64,000 bases of DNA. Origin: Candidatus Brocadiia bacterium. GTDB taxonomy: Bacteria; Planctomycetota; Brocadiia; SM23-32. The stretch's first letter is position 1. Every line of letters begins with the position of its first letter. The position numbers and the translations under genes are program-made. Location of the stretch: assembly GCA_046538485.1 (NCBI GenBank), contig JBKHIT010000006.1, positions 57,016-121,015 of the forward strand, in the 5' to 3' direction. The notes below the pieces were generated by a model, which worked only from the letters and a program-made list of their open reading frames with translations, was not told the DNA's origin and did not search any database. This document shows, one piece after another, positions 19,015-28,821 of the stretch.

Positions 19015-20235
19015 ATGAATCAATCCGATGATACATATATCGTCCAAATAACACCTCCTGGTGAGGGCGGGATAGCGGTCATTGCCCTGGCCGGGAAAGG
19101 TGCAGAAGAAATGCTGAATCGATTCTTTGAGCCTGTTCAGTCCACTGGCAACTCCAAAAGAAATCGAAACTTATTTTACGGACACATTAAGCGGGACAAC
19201 AAAGTACTTGATGAAGTTATTGTGGCACGTGTCGGAAATCCGTTCGCAAATGCCAGCAGCAGGGCCTACGAGATAAATTGTCACGGTGGAGCCGCCGCCG
19301 TGAGCGCTGTAATGGATTGTTTTCAGCACGCCGGTGCGCAGTCGTTCCCCTGGCAGGAATTGGCCGGTCTCAAACCGGATGGGGCCCCCCTTTCACATTT
19401 CACTCTCCGCGCTCGCGCATTATCCTCTCTCCCACAAGCTGAAACGAGGCTTGCAGCCCGTATGTTGCTTCACCAGGCGAATGGCGCGCTTTCTAATGCT
19501 CTGGAGACATTGCTGGTGTGTCGTAAAGAAAGGGAGTTTGCGAAACGCCTGGACTCGCTTCTGGCGACATGTGATCTCGGGCAGGCGCTTCTGGATTCCA
19601 CTTCTGTGCTTCTCGCTGGTCCCCCCAACGTCGGCAAATCCACACTGCTCAACACCTTGCTGTCCAGAGAAAGAGTAATTGTTCACCACCGGCCCGGCAC
19701 AACCAGAGACCTGGTGAGGGAAACGATTTCGCTCAAGGGTGTCCCTTTTGAGTTCATTGATTCCGCGGGAATTCGGTCGGACGCACAAGATGTTGAGGCT
19801 GAAGCCATTAATAAGACCCTCGCGCATATTCGCGATTGCAACATACTGGTTTTCGTCTACGATGCCCGGGAGAAACTGGAGGAAGAAATAAAAACCGTTT
19901 CTAAAAAACCGCTCCCATCGCGAGTTTTCTTTGTCGGGAACAAAATTGATCTCCTGAACTCCGCCTCCTTCCCCCCGAGAAGGCCACCTGAGCCTTTTGC
20001 CGAATGTCCCCACATTTTCCTGTCGGCAAAGACCGGGGAAAATGTGGAATATCTCGAAAATGCGCTCCTCAAACCTTATATCTGTCGCCTGCCCGGTTGT
20101 CGGGGTGGTGAAGCATTTGTCTTTGACAAAAACACCGAAAAGTTATTGTGCCGGGTGCGTCAACTTTGCGATGATGCTGGTTTCCGGACAGCCCAAACTA
20201 AACTGGGCGAAGCCGGTGTTGTACTCAGTCAATAA
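19015..20235 (+). CDS. MnmE/TrmE-like GTPase, shortened paralog lacking the C-terminal FCxGK motif
   Basis: N-domain TPPGEGGIAVI, LDEVIV, EINCHGG. G1 GPPNVGKSTLLN, G2 PGTTRD, G3 DSAG, G4 NKID, G5 SAKTG. Confidence 0.8.
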   Translation: MNQSDDTYIVQITPPGEGGIAVIALAGKGAEEMLNRFFEPVQSTGNSKRNRNLFYGHIKRDNKVLDEVIVARVGNPFANASSRAYEINCHGGAAAVSAVMDCFQHAGAQSFPWQELAGLKPDGAPLSHFTLRARALSSLPQAETRLAARMLLHQANGALSNALETLLVCRKEREFAKRLDSLLATCDLGQALLDSTSVLLAGPPNVGKSTLLNTLLSRERVIVHHRPGTTRDLVRETISLKGVPFEFIDSAGIRSDAQDVEAEAINKTLAHIRDCNILVFVYDAREKLEEEIKTVSKKPLPSRVFFVGNKIDLLNSASFPPRRPPEPFAECPHIFLSAKTGENVEYLENALLKPYICRLPGCRGGEAFVFDKNTEKLLCRVRQLCDDAGFRTAQTKLGEAGVVLSQ

Positions 20236-20304
20236 AAGCTCCCTCGACATGAACATTTCCAAGAATCGTCTCTGAGCAGATCGCGCGCATGTCATTTTCC
20301 CCGC

Positions 20305-20333
20305 TTGCAAAGCAAACGGCTTCCATTTATCTT
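20305..20333 (+). promoter_or_regulatory. Sigma70-type promoter upstream of the MoxR/vWA operon
   Basis: TTGCAA, 17-nt spacer, TATCTT. Confidence 0.55.
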
Positions 20334-20424
20334 TTATTGTTCGGGGATTAGACCGACATTTAAAATTACTCGTGGGGGAGGATTGTAGAGCATCTTTTTT
20401 GCTTTCACAGGAAGGTATCCTGCT

Positions 20425-23400
20425 TTGTATCGGGGACGCAAAGACTGTCCGCCAGCGTTGATAGCGATCCTCAGTCTGGCTATCTTTTTCCTCTCTATAC
20501 CGCTTCAATATGTTTCAGCCCAGATAGGGGTAGAAATCAGGGGCAACGCCGGAATTAAGCCCGATGGGGAAACGGAAAAAGAAGAGCGCAAAGACGACGA
20601 TATGTACCAGCGCGCGGGGCTCCCAACCGATCCAGAAATTCAGACTTTTCTGCAGCGCGCACAGGATTATTCGGAATCCGAGCAGTACGACACAGCCGTC
20701 CGCCTTCTACAAAAAGTTCTCGAAGAAGGCGACCAGGCGATGGTAAAAACGGGGCGTAGAGTCTATCAACCAGCCAGCGAAACGGCTCAAGGCATGCTCA
20801 TTGAGCTGCCGGAGGAAGGGCTGGAAACCTACCGAATTCTCGCGGACGCAAATGCAGCAGCTCTGCTGGATGCACCGGGAGCCCGAAGAAACTCAGGCGC
20901 CCTGCATCAAATTGTCAGGCAGTATTTCCTCAGTTCCTTGGGCGATGAAGCTGCCTACCGCCTTGCCTGTCTCTACATCAACCGTCATCAGTTCAGCCAG
21001 GCGAGGCGCCTGCTGAACGATATACTTGAATATCACGTCGATTTGCCCGCACCTCGAGAAGAGATTCTGCTGCGTCTTACTGTTGCTTCAGCACAGCTGG
21101 GGGATTATGAAGGTGCAAAAAAGGTCTGGGCTGAACTGTCTGCTGGCTTCGGTTCGTTGCCTTCGGAAACTCTGAAGCAGATTGAAGCCGAAATTGAACG
21201 TGCCAAAAAATCAGCTGTGGCAACCTCGACGGGCGGGGATTGGCCCATGGCATATGGCAGCTCCAGTCGTAATGGTGTGACCTTTTCACCGGAACTGACT
21301 TCTGAGAAAAAGGAAAATGTTGCTTTGGTCAGTGTCTGGGAACAAGACATGGAAAGCGATCGTCGCGAAGACGTTGCAGAGACTGCCGGCCAAACCGAAT
21401 TACTGACCCAGATGTGGATCGAGAACAATTATCAACCCGTCGATCAAATGGCAATCGTAGCTGACCGGATATGGGCAAGCTCTCCCGACGGTATTCGATG
21501 TATCGCTAAAAAAACCGGGCGAAAAATCTGGTCGACCGGCGGCAAAGCTCCTTTCCAAAACCCGAATCAGAAAAATCGACGGATCATTATCCATCACCGG
21601 GTGCGTCGGTATAATTTTCAGGAATCAGCCTATTTCAAAGACCGCACCGGCGACAGGATTAGCGTTTTTGGAGGGTTGGTATTTCGTACTGAAGGAAACT
21701 GGAAAACGGCTCCCACACGGCGTCGAGTTCGGCAGGGAAATCGCATAACCTATATTACCGAACGAACCGGTAGTTACCTGTCGGCATACAACGCCGAAAC
21801 TGGTAAATTGAAGTGGGCAGTTGGTGGCGGCAAAACCGAAGACAAAAATATTCTTTCCGGCTGCCGTTTCATGAACGCGCCCGTGCCCTGCGGAACCAAC
21901 GCGCTGGTAGCCATCGAAAAAAATGACGGGCTCTACCTCGCCGCCCTCCATCCAAAAACAGGCAGGATAAGCTGGCAACAATTCCTCTGCGCTTACGCTT
22001 CCTCCCCGGTGCCCCCCAAAAAACCCGTGGGAGTAGCAGTGGATTCCGGCGAAGTTTATGTGGCAACCGGCAAAGGCGTTGTGTTTGCGCTTGATGGTGT
22101 CGATGGCCACATTCACTGGGCCAGCACCTACCAGAGCAATCCCTTGCAGTGGGCTCCAGCACGGCTCAGCCAGTTGCGTGGCCAAAAAAAAGAACCTGAT
22201 GGCTGGTCTGAAAACGCTATTTTTCCCACGGGTAAAAATCTCCTGACTCTGCCGGGCGATGCCCCCACAATTCTGTGCCTCGACCGATCTTCCGGCGAAC
22301 TACGCTATAAAAAAGCACGTAATAATGCTGAATATCCCCTCGGTCTCGTCCAAAACAATCTCATCGTCGCAGGCGATACTTTTATCCGCGCTCATGAGGT
22401 CCGAACCGGGAGTGTGGTCTGGGAGCAACAAATCGAACCACCCACAGGCCGCGGTATCCTCACCAGAAACTTTGCATTTCTACCCCAGGACGGCTCGATC
22501 AGAGTTCTGTCTGTGAAATCCGGCCAGAAGATCTCCAAAATTCACGTCGGGCTCAGTCGTGACCTTCCTCTCGGCAATCTCTATTCCGACGGAAACCGTA
22601 TCTACTGCGCCGGCCTGAGCAGGGCGTTCGCCCTATCCACCGGTGCCCGTTTGCTGGCCGAACTGAATCAAAACGTCAAGAAACAACACAGCGCGGCGGC
22701 ATATCTGGCACGAGGTCGATTTTACTCCAAAACAGCTCGTTATGCTCAGGCTGTCAGAGACCTCCGAAACGCACGCAATTTGGCTCTGGAAGACCCAAGG
22801 CAGGTCCGATTCAACCAACTCGTTGATGCACTGGCTAAAATCCAGGAAGAAAAAAACCAGCTCCGGTCCAAACTCGCGTGGTTTGCCGATTCATTCAACC
22901 GGGCAGCCCTCGGACCCGACTACACAAAACTCAAGGGCGAAGCAGAAATCAAAGATAGTGCTCTCAGGATGTCCGATGGACAACAATTGCTTGTGAAGCT
23001 CAACAAACTGATTCCTGGGAACTTTTCCGTTGAGATTGATGGATGGCAGTTGGACCGCCCATGCGATTTATCCTTCAAACTCGATATCACCTCACCGCAA
23101 AAAACAGTGAAAGCTCTTTATGCTCAGTTCGGAGCCAACTGGAACGTTCGAAATATCCTTCAATTCGATGGCAATCAGGTGTGTGTAACCAATGACTACC
23201 TCATTGAAAAAGGGAAAAGGCACCAGCTAAAACTGGTTCGATTCGGACAACAGCTCACCATGTATGTCGATGGCCGGCGCATTTTGCAGCATGAAGGCAA
23301 TTTGCCCCCGGCAGCTGAGAGCAAAACTACACTCTATCTCTACGGCTTCGGGGGGGAGCATTTTTTCGACAACCTGACAATTAAGCGCCTGGACGCGAGT

Positions 23401-25572
23401 GGAAATCCCCTGATCAAAGGTAATGAAGCGGCACCAACCGAACGAGAAAAGCAACTCAAAGAAGAGCTGGTCAAGCTTCAGAAACAAGAGGGACAGACGG
23501 AACAGGCTATCGCCCAGTTGCGAGAACAAGGCTACGCGAATTTTGACGCTATTCGGGTGCCTTTGTTCGAAAGCCTTCTGAAACTGGCAGGTGAATCTCT
23601 CGAACACGCGCCATCGATACTCAAAGAAGCCCGGACACTTGCGCAATCTTTGGAAGAAATGAACGCCCTGCAAATGGCTGGCGCCCGAGTCGCTATGGCT
23701 CGTGGTGACCTTGAAACGGCCGCAACAAGTTATTCTCAAATCATTGAGAGTGCCGGCAAAACGCTGATCCGGATTGACCAGAACAATCCCGGGCACCGTG
23801 TCACTGCATCTCTGTGGGCACAAATGAAACTCGGAAAACTGGAGCAATCCGGGAAGGAATCCTTGCAGAATGTCATCCGCCAGGCCGCAAGAGAACATCT
23901 AAATCGGGTTCAAGCCCGCGAAGACGTCTCGTTCGAAACTTTCTACAGAATCATGCACGCGTACCCGGGGACCCCGTCAGGAATCCGCGCGGGTTTGCTG
24001 GCAGCAGAGACGGCTGAAAATGCGGGCAAAATCTGCGAAGCGGAATTAATTCTATTGCAGATGCAAAATTTCGCCGACAAAAAGGCCCTCGCAAAGAGTC
24101 AGAGAGTTCTGGCAAAATTCTATGAGCGCCAGGGATGGAACAGGCAGGCTTACCGAACATGGCAGACTCTTCAAGAAAACACGGCCGACCTTTCTCTGGA
24201 TACTGGCCAGGAAACGCGAAATGTGGGGGAATACTGCAAATTGGCCATGGAGCGCCTCCGGGAAAAAGCCGGTGCCAGAGGGGGCACTCGCTTCAAAACG
24301 ATGCCTGATCCCCCCTATCGACTGCTGTGGAAAGCCCCAATTCAAGGCTATATCGTTCGACAACGTATTCAATCCGACATACTGAGCGATTTTCTCGATA
24401 GTCACATTATCCTTATGGATTACCAAAAACGGAAATTAGTTTGTAAAGAGGTTAAAACTGGGGAAACGAGATGGCAACGTGACTTTCAGAATACGAACCG
24501 TTTCGCTCGCCGGGGCCATATGATTATCGAAACCCACCCTCACACACGCGCTATTTCTTTGATCAACGGGCAAGTAATCTGGGAGAAGGATGTTGGTGGA
24601 ACGGGAATAAACAGGTCCCGCGCACGGGTTAGTGTGGGAAGATCAAATGTGGTCGTTGCTGACAACGCCGGCGGACTCGGTGGATACGCCCTTCATGGGA
24701 TTGATACTGTGACAGGCGAGGTGCGCTGGCGTCGTCAGCTCGCCAGGCAGAGCCGGCCTAACATTCTCATCCTCAGCGGCTATGTCGTCGACCTGTCCTA
24801 CGATCCGCACACCCGAAACCACACGAATGCACGCGTCTACGATGCGAGTTCGGGCAAGTTATTTAACTCAAAATTTCCAAGGCCCCGGGGACGACAATTC
24901 TGGTCCACTAACGGTGTTATCTGCCAGGAAGGCAACGAGTATGTCCTTCGAGAGTTTCCTGATGGCAATAAAACCTGGAAGTTGCCGATCAAAAATGCGA
25001 ATCGCTCCTACGTCCGGGGGATAACAAATTCTTCCGCCGGCCTTTTTATGAAGCCCGGAGGGTATGCATTGATCGATCCTGTTGAGAAAGAAATACGCTG
25101 GCGTATTGAAACGGATGGATCTAAAAATCTGTACGCAACAAGTGCCGTGTATGATCCGCGTCGCGATGAGATATTGGTCATAAAACGAATTGGAAAAGGC
25201 AAAAACTGGTCCTATAGCATTTCCGGAACCGATCCTCAAACAGGCAAGCCCCGCGATCAGATCACGCTCGAAAAGCACATGAGATTATACAATCGGGGCT
25301 CGTTACCCGTGAACGACCGTTTTATGGCTGTAATGGAGTCCGTGCGCAAAAAGCAGAAAAATCAAACTCGGATCGTTAACAGACGTTACCGCATTGTGAG
25401 ACGTAAAGATGGCCAGGTCCTGCCTGGTGTTCGTCTTCCGCATTTGAAAGACCTTTCTGACAGAGAAAAACGTTATCATTTCCAGCTTCACGTGGTTGGT
25501 AATAGTCTAGTTTTTACAGGAAGCGGGAAAGTTCTCGTATACGAACACGATTCGAAAAAGGAGCTGAAATGA
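20425..25572 (+). CDS. Large exported PQQ-type (BamB-like) beta-propeller plus TPR protein with an inserted ConA-like domain
   Basis: Signal peptide, TPR-like helices, DWPMAYGSSSRNG, repeated A.D/N..TG..W motifs (AYNAETGKLKW, ALDGVDGHIHW, GIDTVTGEVRW) and PLGNLYSDG. Confidence 0.8.
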   Translation: MYRGRKDCPPALIAILSLAIFFLSIPLQYVSAQIGVEIRGNAGIKPDGETEKEERKDDDMYQRAGLPTDPEIQTFLQRAQDYSESEQYDTAVRLLQKVLEEGDQAMVKTGRRVYQPASETAQGMLIELPEEGLETYRILADANAAALLDAPGARRNSGALHQIVRQYFLSSLGDEAAYRLACLYINRHQFSQARRLLNDILEYHVDLPAPREEILLRLTVASAQLGDYEGAKKVWAELSAGFGSLPSETLKQIEAEIERAKKSAVATSTGGDWPMAYGSSSRNGVTFSPELTSEKKENVALVSVWEQDMESDRREDVAETAGQTELLTQMWIENNYQPVDQMAIVADRIWASSPDGIRCIAKKTGRKIWSTGGKAPFQNPNQKNRRIIIHHRVRRYNFQESAYFKDRTGDRISVFGGLVFRTEGNWKTAPTRRRVRQGNRITYITERTGSYLSAYNAETGKLKWAVGGGKTEDKNILSGCRFMNAPVPCGTNALVAIEKNDGLYLAALHPKTGRISWQQFLCAYASSPVPPKKPVGVAVDSGEVYVATGKGVVFALDGVDGHIHWASTYQSNPLQWAPARLSQLRGQKKEPDGWSENAIFPTGKNLLTLPGDAPTILCLDRSSGELRYKKARNNAEYPLGLVQNNLIVAGDTFIRAHEVRTGSVVWEQQIEPPTGRGILTRNFAFLPQDGSIRVLSVKSGQKISKIHVGLSRDLPLGNLYSDGNRIYCAGLSRAFALSTGARLLAELNQNVKKQHSAAAYLARGRFYSKTARYAQAVRDLRNARNLALEDPRQVRFNQLVDALAKIQEEKNQLRSKLAWFADSFNRAALGPDYTKLKGEAEIKDSALRMSDGQQLLVKLNKLIPGNFSVEIDGWQLDRPCDLSFKLDITSPQKTVKALYAQFGANWNVRNILQFDGNQVCVTNDYLIEKGKRHQLKLVRFGQQLTMYVDGRRILQHEGNLPPAAESKTTLYLYGFGGEHFFDNLTIKRLDASGNPLIKGNEAAPTEREKQLKEELVKLQKQEGQTEQAIAQLREQGYANFDAIRVPLFESLLKLAGESLEHAPSILKEARTLAQSLEEMNALQMAGARVAMARGDLETAATSYSQIIESAGKTLIRIDQNNPGHRVTASLWAQMKLGKLEQSGKESLQNVIRQAAREHLNRVQAREDVSFETFYRIMHAYPGTPSGIRAGLLAAETAENAGKICEAELILLQMQNFADKKALAKSQRVLAKFYERQGWNRQAYRTWQTLQENTADLSLDTGQETRNVGEYCKLAMERLREKAGARGGTRFKTMPDPPYRLLWKAPIQGYIVRQRIQSDILSDFLDSHIILMDYQKRKLVCKEVKTGETRWQRDFQNTNRFARRGHMIIETHPHTRAISLINGQVIWEKDVGGTGINRSRARVSVGRSNVVVADNAGGLGGYALHGIDTVTGEVRWRRQLARQSRPNILILSGYVVDLSYDPHTRNHTNARVYDASSGKLFNSKFPRPRGRQFWSTNGVICQEGNEYVLREFPDGNKTWKLPIKNANRSYVRGITNSSAGLFMKPGGYALIDPVEKEIRWRIETDGSKNLYATSAVYDPRRDEILVIKRIGKGKNWSYSISGTDPQTGKPRDQITLEKHMRLYNRGSLPVNDRFMAVMESVRKKQKNQTRIVNRRYRIVRRKDGQVLPGVRLPHLKDLSDREKRYHFQLHVVGNSLVFTGSGKVLVYEHDSKKELK

Positions 25573-26708
25573 ATTCCGAGCAGGACGAACAACATTACGA
25601 ATCTTCGGGACAACGCCAATCCAGACTATTTTGCTCGGCATCTTTCCTTCCTGCACTCATTGCATTTGTCTTCGCCATAGGTCTGGGCATGCTGACGCTT
25701 CGTCGGGCAGAAGCGCAGAAGGTGCCCGCCCTCCCTGAAATGATCACTCCCGAAACAAAAGCAGCGATCGATAGAGGCATGAGCTATCTGGCCAGAACCC
25801 AGAGCCGCAATGGAAGCTGGCGGGCACAGGGGGCTTTCAGTACTCAAACGGGCTATCCCTGTGTTATGACATCTCTGGCCGGACTGGCTCTGGCGGCTGG
25901 CGGGAATACACCGATTGAAGGGAAATACGCCAAAAGGGTCCGTCAGGCAGCCGATTACATTCTTAAAAGAGCCAATCGAACCGGCCTGATAGCGGGCATG
26001 AGAAATACTTCAAGACCGATGTACGGCCATGGTTTCAGTATGCTTTTTCTGGCGGAGATTTATGGGATGGAGCCCAACCCCACCCGCCAAAAACAAATAC
26101 GAAATGTGCTCCAGAAAGCAGTCCAACTAACCTCTCAAGCCCAATCTAAAGATGGCGGCTGGTATTATACGCCCGATTCGCACACCGATGAGGGCTCGGT
26201 TACGGTTACTCAAATACAGGGACTTCGAGCCTGTCGAAATGCAGGTGTCAAAGTTCCAAAATCCACAATCGACAAAGCGACGACCTACATACAAAAATGC
26301 CAGCAAAAAGACGGCGGCATCGCATATCGACTTGGAATGAACGGAAGCCGTCCTGCGATCACAGCGGCTGCCGTGGCGACGATGTACAACGCAGGGGAAT
26401 ACGAGAATCCCGTGGCCCACGGCGCACTGAAGTTTACACTCCGCCACGTTCGCAAACAGAAAAAAGATCCCTGGCAAGCGTACCGGGGACACAGCTATTA
26501 CGGTATGCTGTACGCAAGTCAGGCAGTTTGGTTTTCCGGAGATCAAAATTGGCAAGATCTTTTTCCACAAATGCGCAGTGCACTGCTAAAAAAACAACAA
26601 GATGACGGAAGCTGGCAGGGTGATAATGTTGGGAGGGTCTACGGCACCGCCGTAGCACTGCTCATCCTGCAGTTACCAAATCAATATCTACCTATCCTTC
26701 AACGCTAA
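25569..26708 (+). CDS. Prenyltransferase/squalene oxidase (QW) repeat protein
   Basis: [52 protein letters not shown] and QQDDGSW. ATGA overlap with the upstream gene. Confidence 0.88.
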   Translation: MNSEQDEQHYESSGQRQSRLFCSASFLPALIAFVFAIGLGMLTLRRAEAQKVPALPEMITPETKAAIDRGMSYLARTQSRNGSWRAQGAFSTQTGYPCVMTSLAGLALAAGGNTPIEGKYAKRVRQAADYILKRANRTGLIAGMRNTSRPMYGHGFSMLFLAEIYGMEPNPTRQKQIRNVLQKAVQLTSQAQSKDGGWYYTPDSHTDEGSVTVTQIQGLRACRNAGVKVPKSTIDKATTYIQKCQQKDGGIAYRLGMNGSRPAITAAAVATMYNAGEYENPVAHGALKFTLRHVRKQKKDPWQAYRGHSYYGMLYASQAVWFSGDQNWQDLFPQMRSALLKKQQDDGSWQGDNVGRVYGTAVALLILQLPNQYLPILQR

Positions 26709-26739
26709 AAACGGCACTGAACAATCGGAGGAACACGTA

Positions 26740-27825
26740 ATGAGCGAAGAAACTCACGCTCGTGATACCAAAAATGAAGTCCCCGAGGAAGACCTCGAAG
26801 CTCTCAAAAGCCTGCACGAAGCTTATGATAAAATCAAAAATGAGATTGGCAACGTCATCGTCGGCCAGACAAAAGTTGTCGACCAGCTTCTTCTTGCAAT
26901 ATTCAGCCGAGGTCATTGCATCCTCGAGGGTGTCCCCGGCCTCGGTAAAACTCTAATGGTAAGCACCCTCAGCCAGGCTCTGAACGTAACATTCAGCCGA
27001 ATTCAGTTTACGCCCGATTTAATGCCCTCCGATATTGTCGGCACCGAGGTCCTCCATGAAGACAAAACGTCCGGTGAACGTGTCTTCAAATTTCTCGCTG
27101 GCCCTGTGTTTTCAAATATCGTTCTTGCCGATGAAATCAACCGGACACCACCCAAAACCCAGGCAGCCCTTTTGGAGTCCATGCAGGAAAGACAGGTTAC
27201 TGTCGGCGGCGACAAACACCAGCTGCCGGCCCCTTTCTTCGTTTTGGCGACTCAAAACCCTATAGAACAAGAAGGCACCTACCCTCTCCCCGAAGCCCAA
27301 CAAGACCGCTTCATGTTTAAGATTCTCGTCGACTATCCCGATTTTGATGAGGAATACATGATCGCGGAGATAACGACGGCTAGATTCGAACCCGAGGTCG
27401 AACCGGTGATGAGCGGTGACGATATCCTTGAATACCAGAAGACCATTCGCCGTGTACCTGTCGCACCTCAGGTCATTCGTTATGCACTCCGTCTGGTCCG
27501 AGCCACGCGAGTAACAGAGGCGGATGTGCCGCCTTTTATTAAAGACTGGGTGGCCTGGGGCGCTGGCCCGAGAGCCGTCCAATACCTCCTTTTAGCAGGA
27601 AAAGCGCGCGCAGCTCTACACGGCAATACATACGTCAGCAAAGACGATATCCGAAGCGCCACACATCCTGTTCTTCGGCACCGAATCCTGACAACTTTTG
27701 CCGCCGAAAGTGAAGGCATTACTCCGGACCAGGTCGTGGATAATCTGCTGGACAGCATCTCTGAGAAAGATGACCCAGAAACTGAAATCCCGAAACAAGT
27801 CCAGCCCACTCTTCGCAACAAATGA
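26740..27825 (+). CDS. moxR: MoxR-family AAA+ ATPase
   Basis: [42 protein letters not shown] and [21 protein letters not shown]. Confidence 0.95.
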   Translation: MSEETHARDTKNEVPEEDLEALKSLHEAYDKIKNEIGNVIVGQTKVVDQLLLAIFSRGHCILEGVPGLGKTLMVSTLSQALNVTFSRIQFTPDLMPSDIVGTEVLHEDKTSGERVFKFLAGPVFSNIVLADEINRTPPKTQAALLESMQERQVTVGGDKHQLPAPFFVLATQNPIEQEGTYPLPEAQQDRFMFKILVDYPDFDEEYMIAEITTARFEPEVEPVMSGDDILEYQKTIRRVPVAPQVIRYALRLVRATRVTEADVPPFIKDWVAWGAGPRAVQYLLLAGKARAALHGNTYVSKDDIRSATHPVLRHRILTTFAAESEGITPDQVVDNLLDSISEKDDPETEIPKQVQPTLRNK

Positions 27826-27894
27826 AACCCGTTCTATAAACGTTCAGTCGGAGATTACAGGCCATCCCAACCAGAAGCCTCGATAAGGTAGTGC

Positions 27895-28821
27895 ATGGGA
27901 GCTGAAAAACAAAAAACCAATTACCTCGATCCCGATATCCTTGCCGAAATCGACCGAATGGATTTGAGGGCCCGTTATGTAGTCGAAGGTTTTATCTCGG
28001 GCCTCCATAAAAGCCCTTACCATGGCCTCTCGGTCGAGTTCGCCCAGCACAGGCAATATGTGCCCGGCGATGATGTCAGCTATATAGACTGGAAAGTATG
28101 GGCTCGCGCGGACCGGTTTTACATCAAACAGTATGAAGAAGAAACAAATCTCGAATGTACTATTCTTCTGGACTGCAGTCGATCAATGGCGTATGGAGAA
28201 AATCGTGGCGGTATGAGCAAGTTCGATTACGCCGCCACACTCGCTGCTTCCGTCGCTTACCTGCTTCAGCAACAGCAGGACGCGTCGGGATTGGTAATGT
28301 TTGACCGCCAGGTTCGCAGTGAACTCTATCCGAGTAGCCATCCGCGCCATATTTACGCTCTTCTTGACGAACTTCAACAGGCTGAGCCTGATGATCGGAG
28401 CGATATTTCAGGGGTGTTTCCAAGAATTGCCGCACGCATCAGAAAACGAGGGCTTATCCTGCTTATCTCAGATCTGTTTTATGATCCAGAGGACCTCGAA
28501 AAAGGCCTCTCTCAATTGCGGCATAAACGCCAGGAAGTCGTCGTGTTCCACGTGCTGCATGAAGATGAACTTACGTTTCCTTTCCGCGATAACACGCTTT
28601 TTAAGGGAATGGAGACTGAAGACCAATTGATGACCGAGCCCCCTGCTCTGCGCCAGGCTTACCTGGAGGCGCTCGGCAATTTTGAGAAGAATGTGCGGCA
28701 AATCTGTTCCAAATCCGCCATCGACTACGTCTCGCTCAGCACGACAGAAGGTCTCCAGGCGGCTTTGAGCCGGTACCTGGCCAGTCGAAAACGCATACGC
28801 CATACATACGGAAAGATTTAA
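27895..28821 (+). CDS. DUF58 domain (vWA-like) protein
   Basis: GLHKSPYHGLSVEFAQHRQYVPGDD..IDWK, KQYEEETNL, MIDAS-like LDCSRSM, and ISDLF. Confidence 0.93.
   Translation: MGAEKQKTNYLDPDILAEIDRMDLRARYVVEGFISGLHKSPYHGLSVEFAQHRQYVPGDDVSYIDWKVWARADRFYIKQYEEETNLECTILLDCSRSMAYGENRGGMSKFDYAATLAASVAYLLQQQQDASGLVMFDRQVRSELYPSSHPRHIYALLDELQQAEPDDRSDISGVFPRIAARIRKRGLILLISDLFYDPEDLEKGLSQLRHKRQEVVVFHVLHEDELTFPFRDNTLFKGMETEDQLMTEPPALRQAYLEALGNFEKNVRQICSKSAIDYVSLSTTEGLQAALSRYLASRKRIRHTYGKI

Noticed and set aside
25569..26708. Possible squalene-hopene or oxidosqualene cyclase
   Set aside because: It is only 379 aa with a single toroid and QW repeats, has no DXDD/DCTAE motif, and sits in a MoxR operon.
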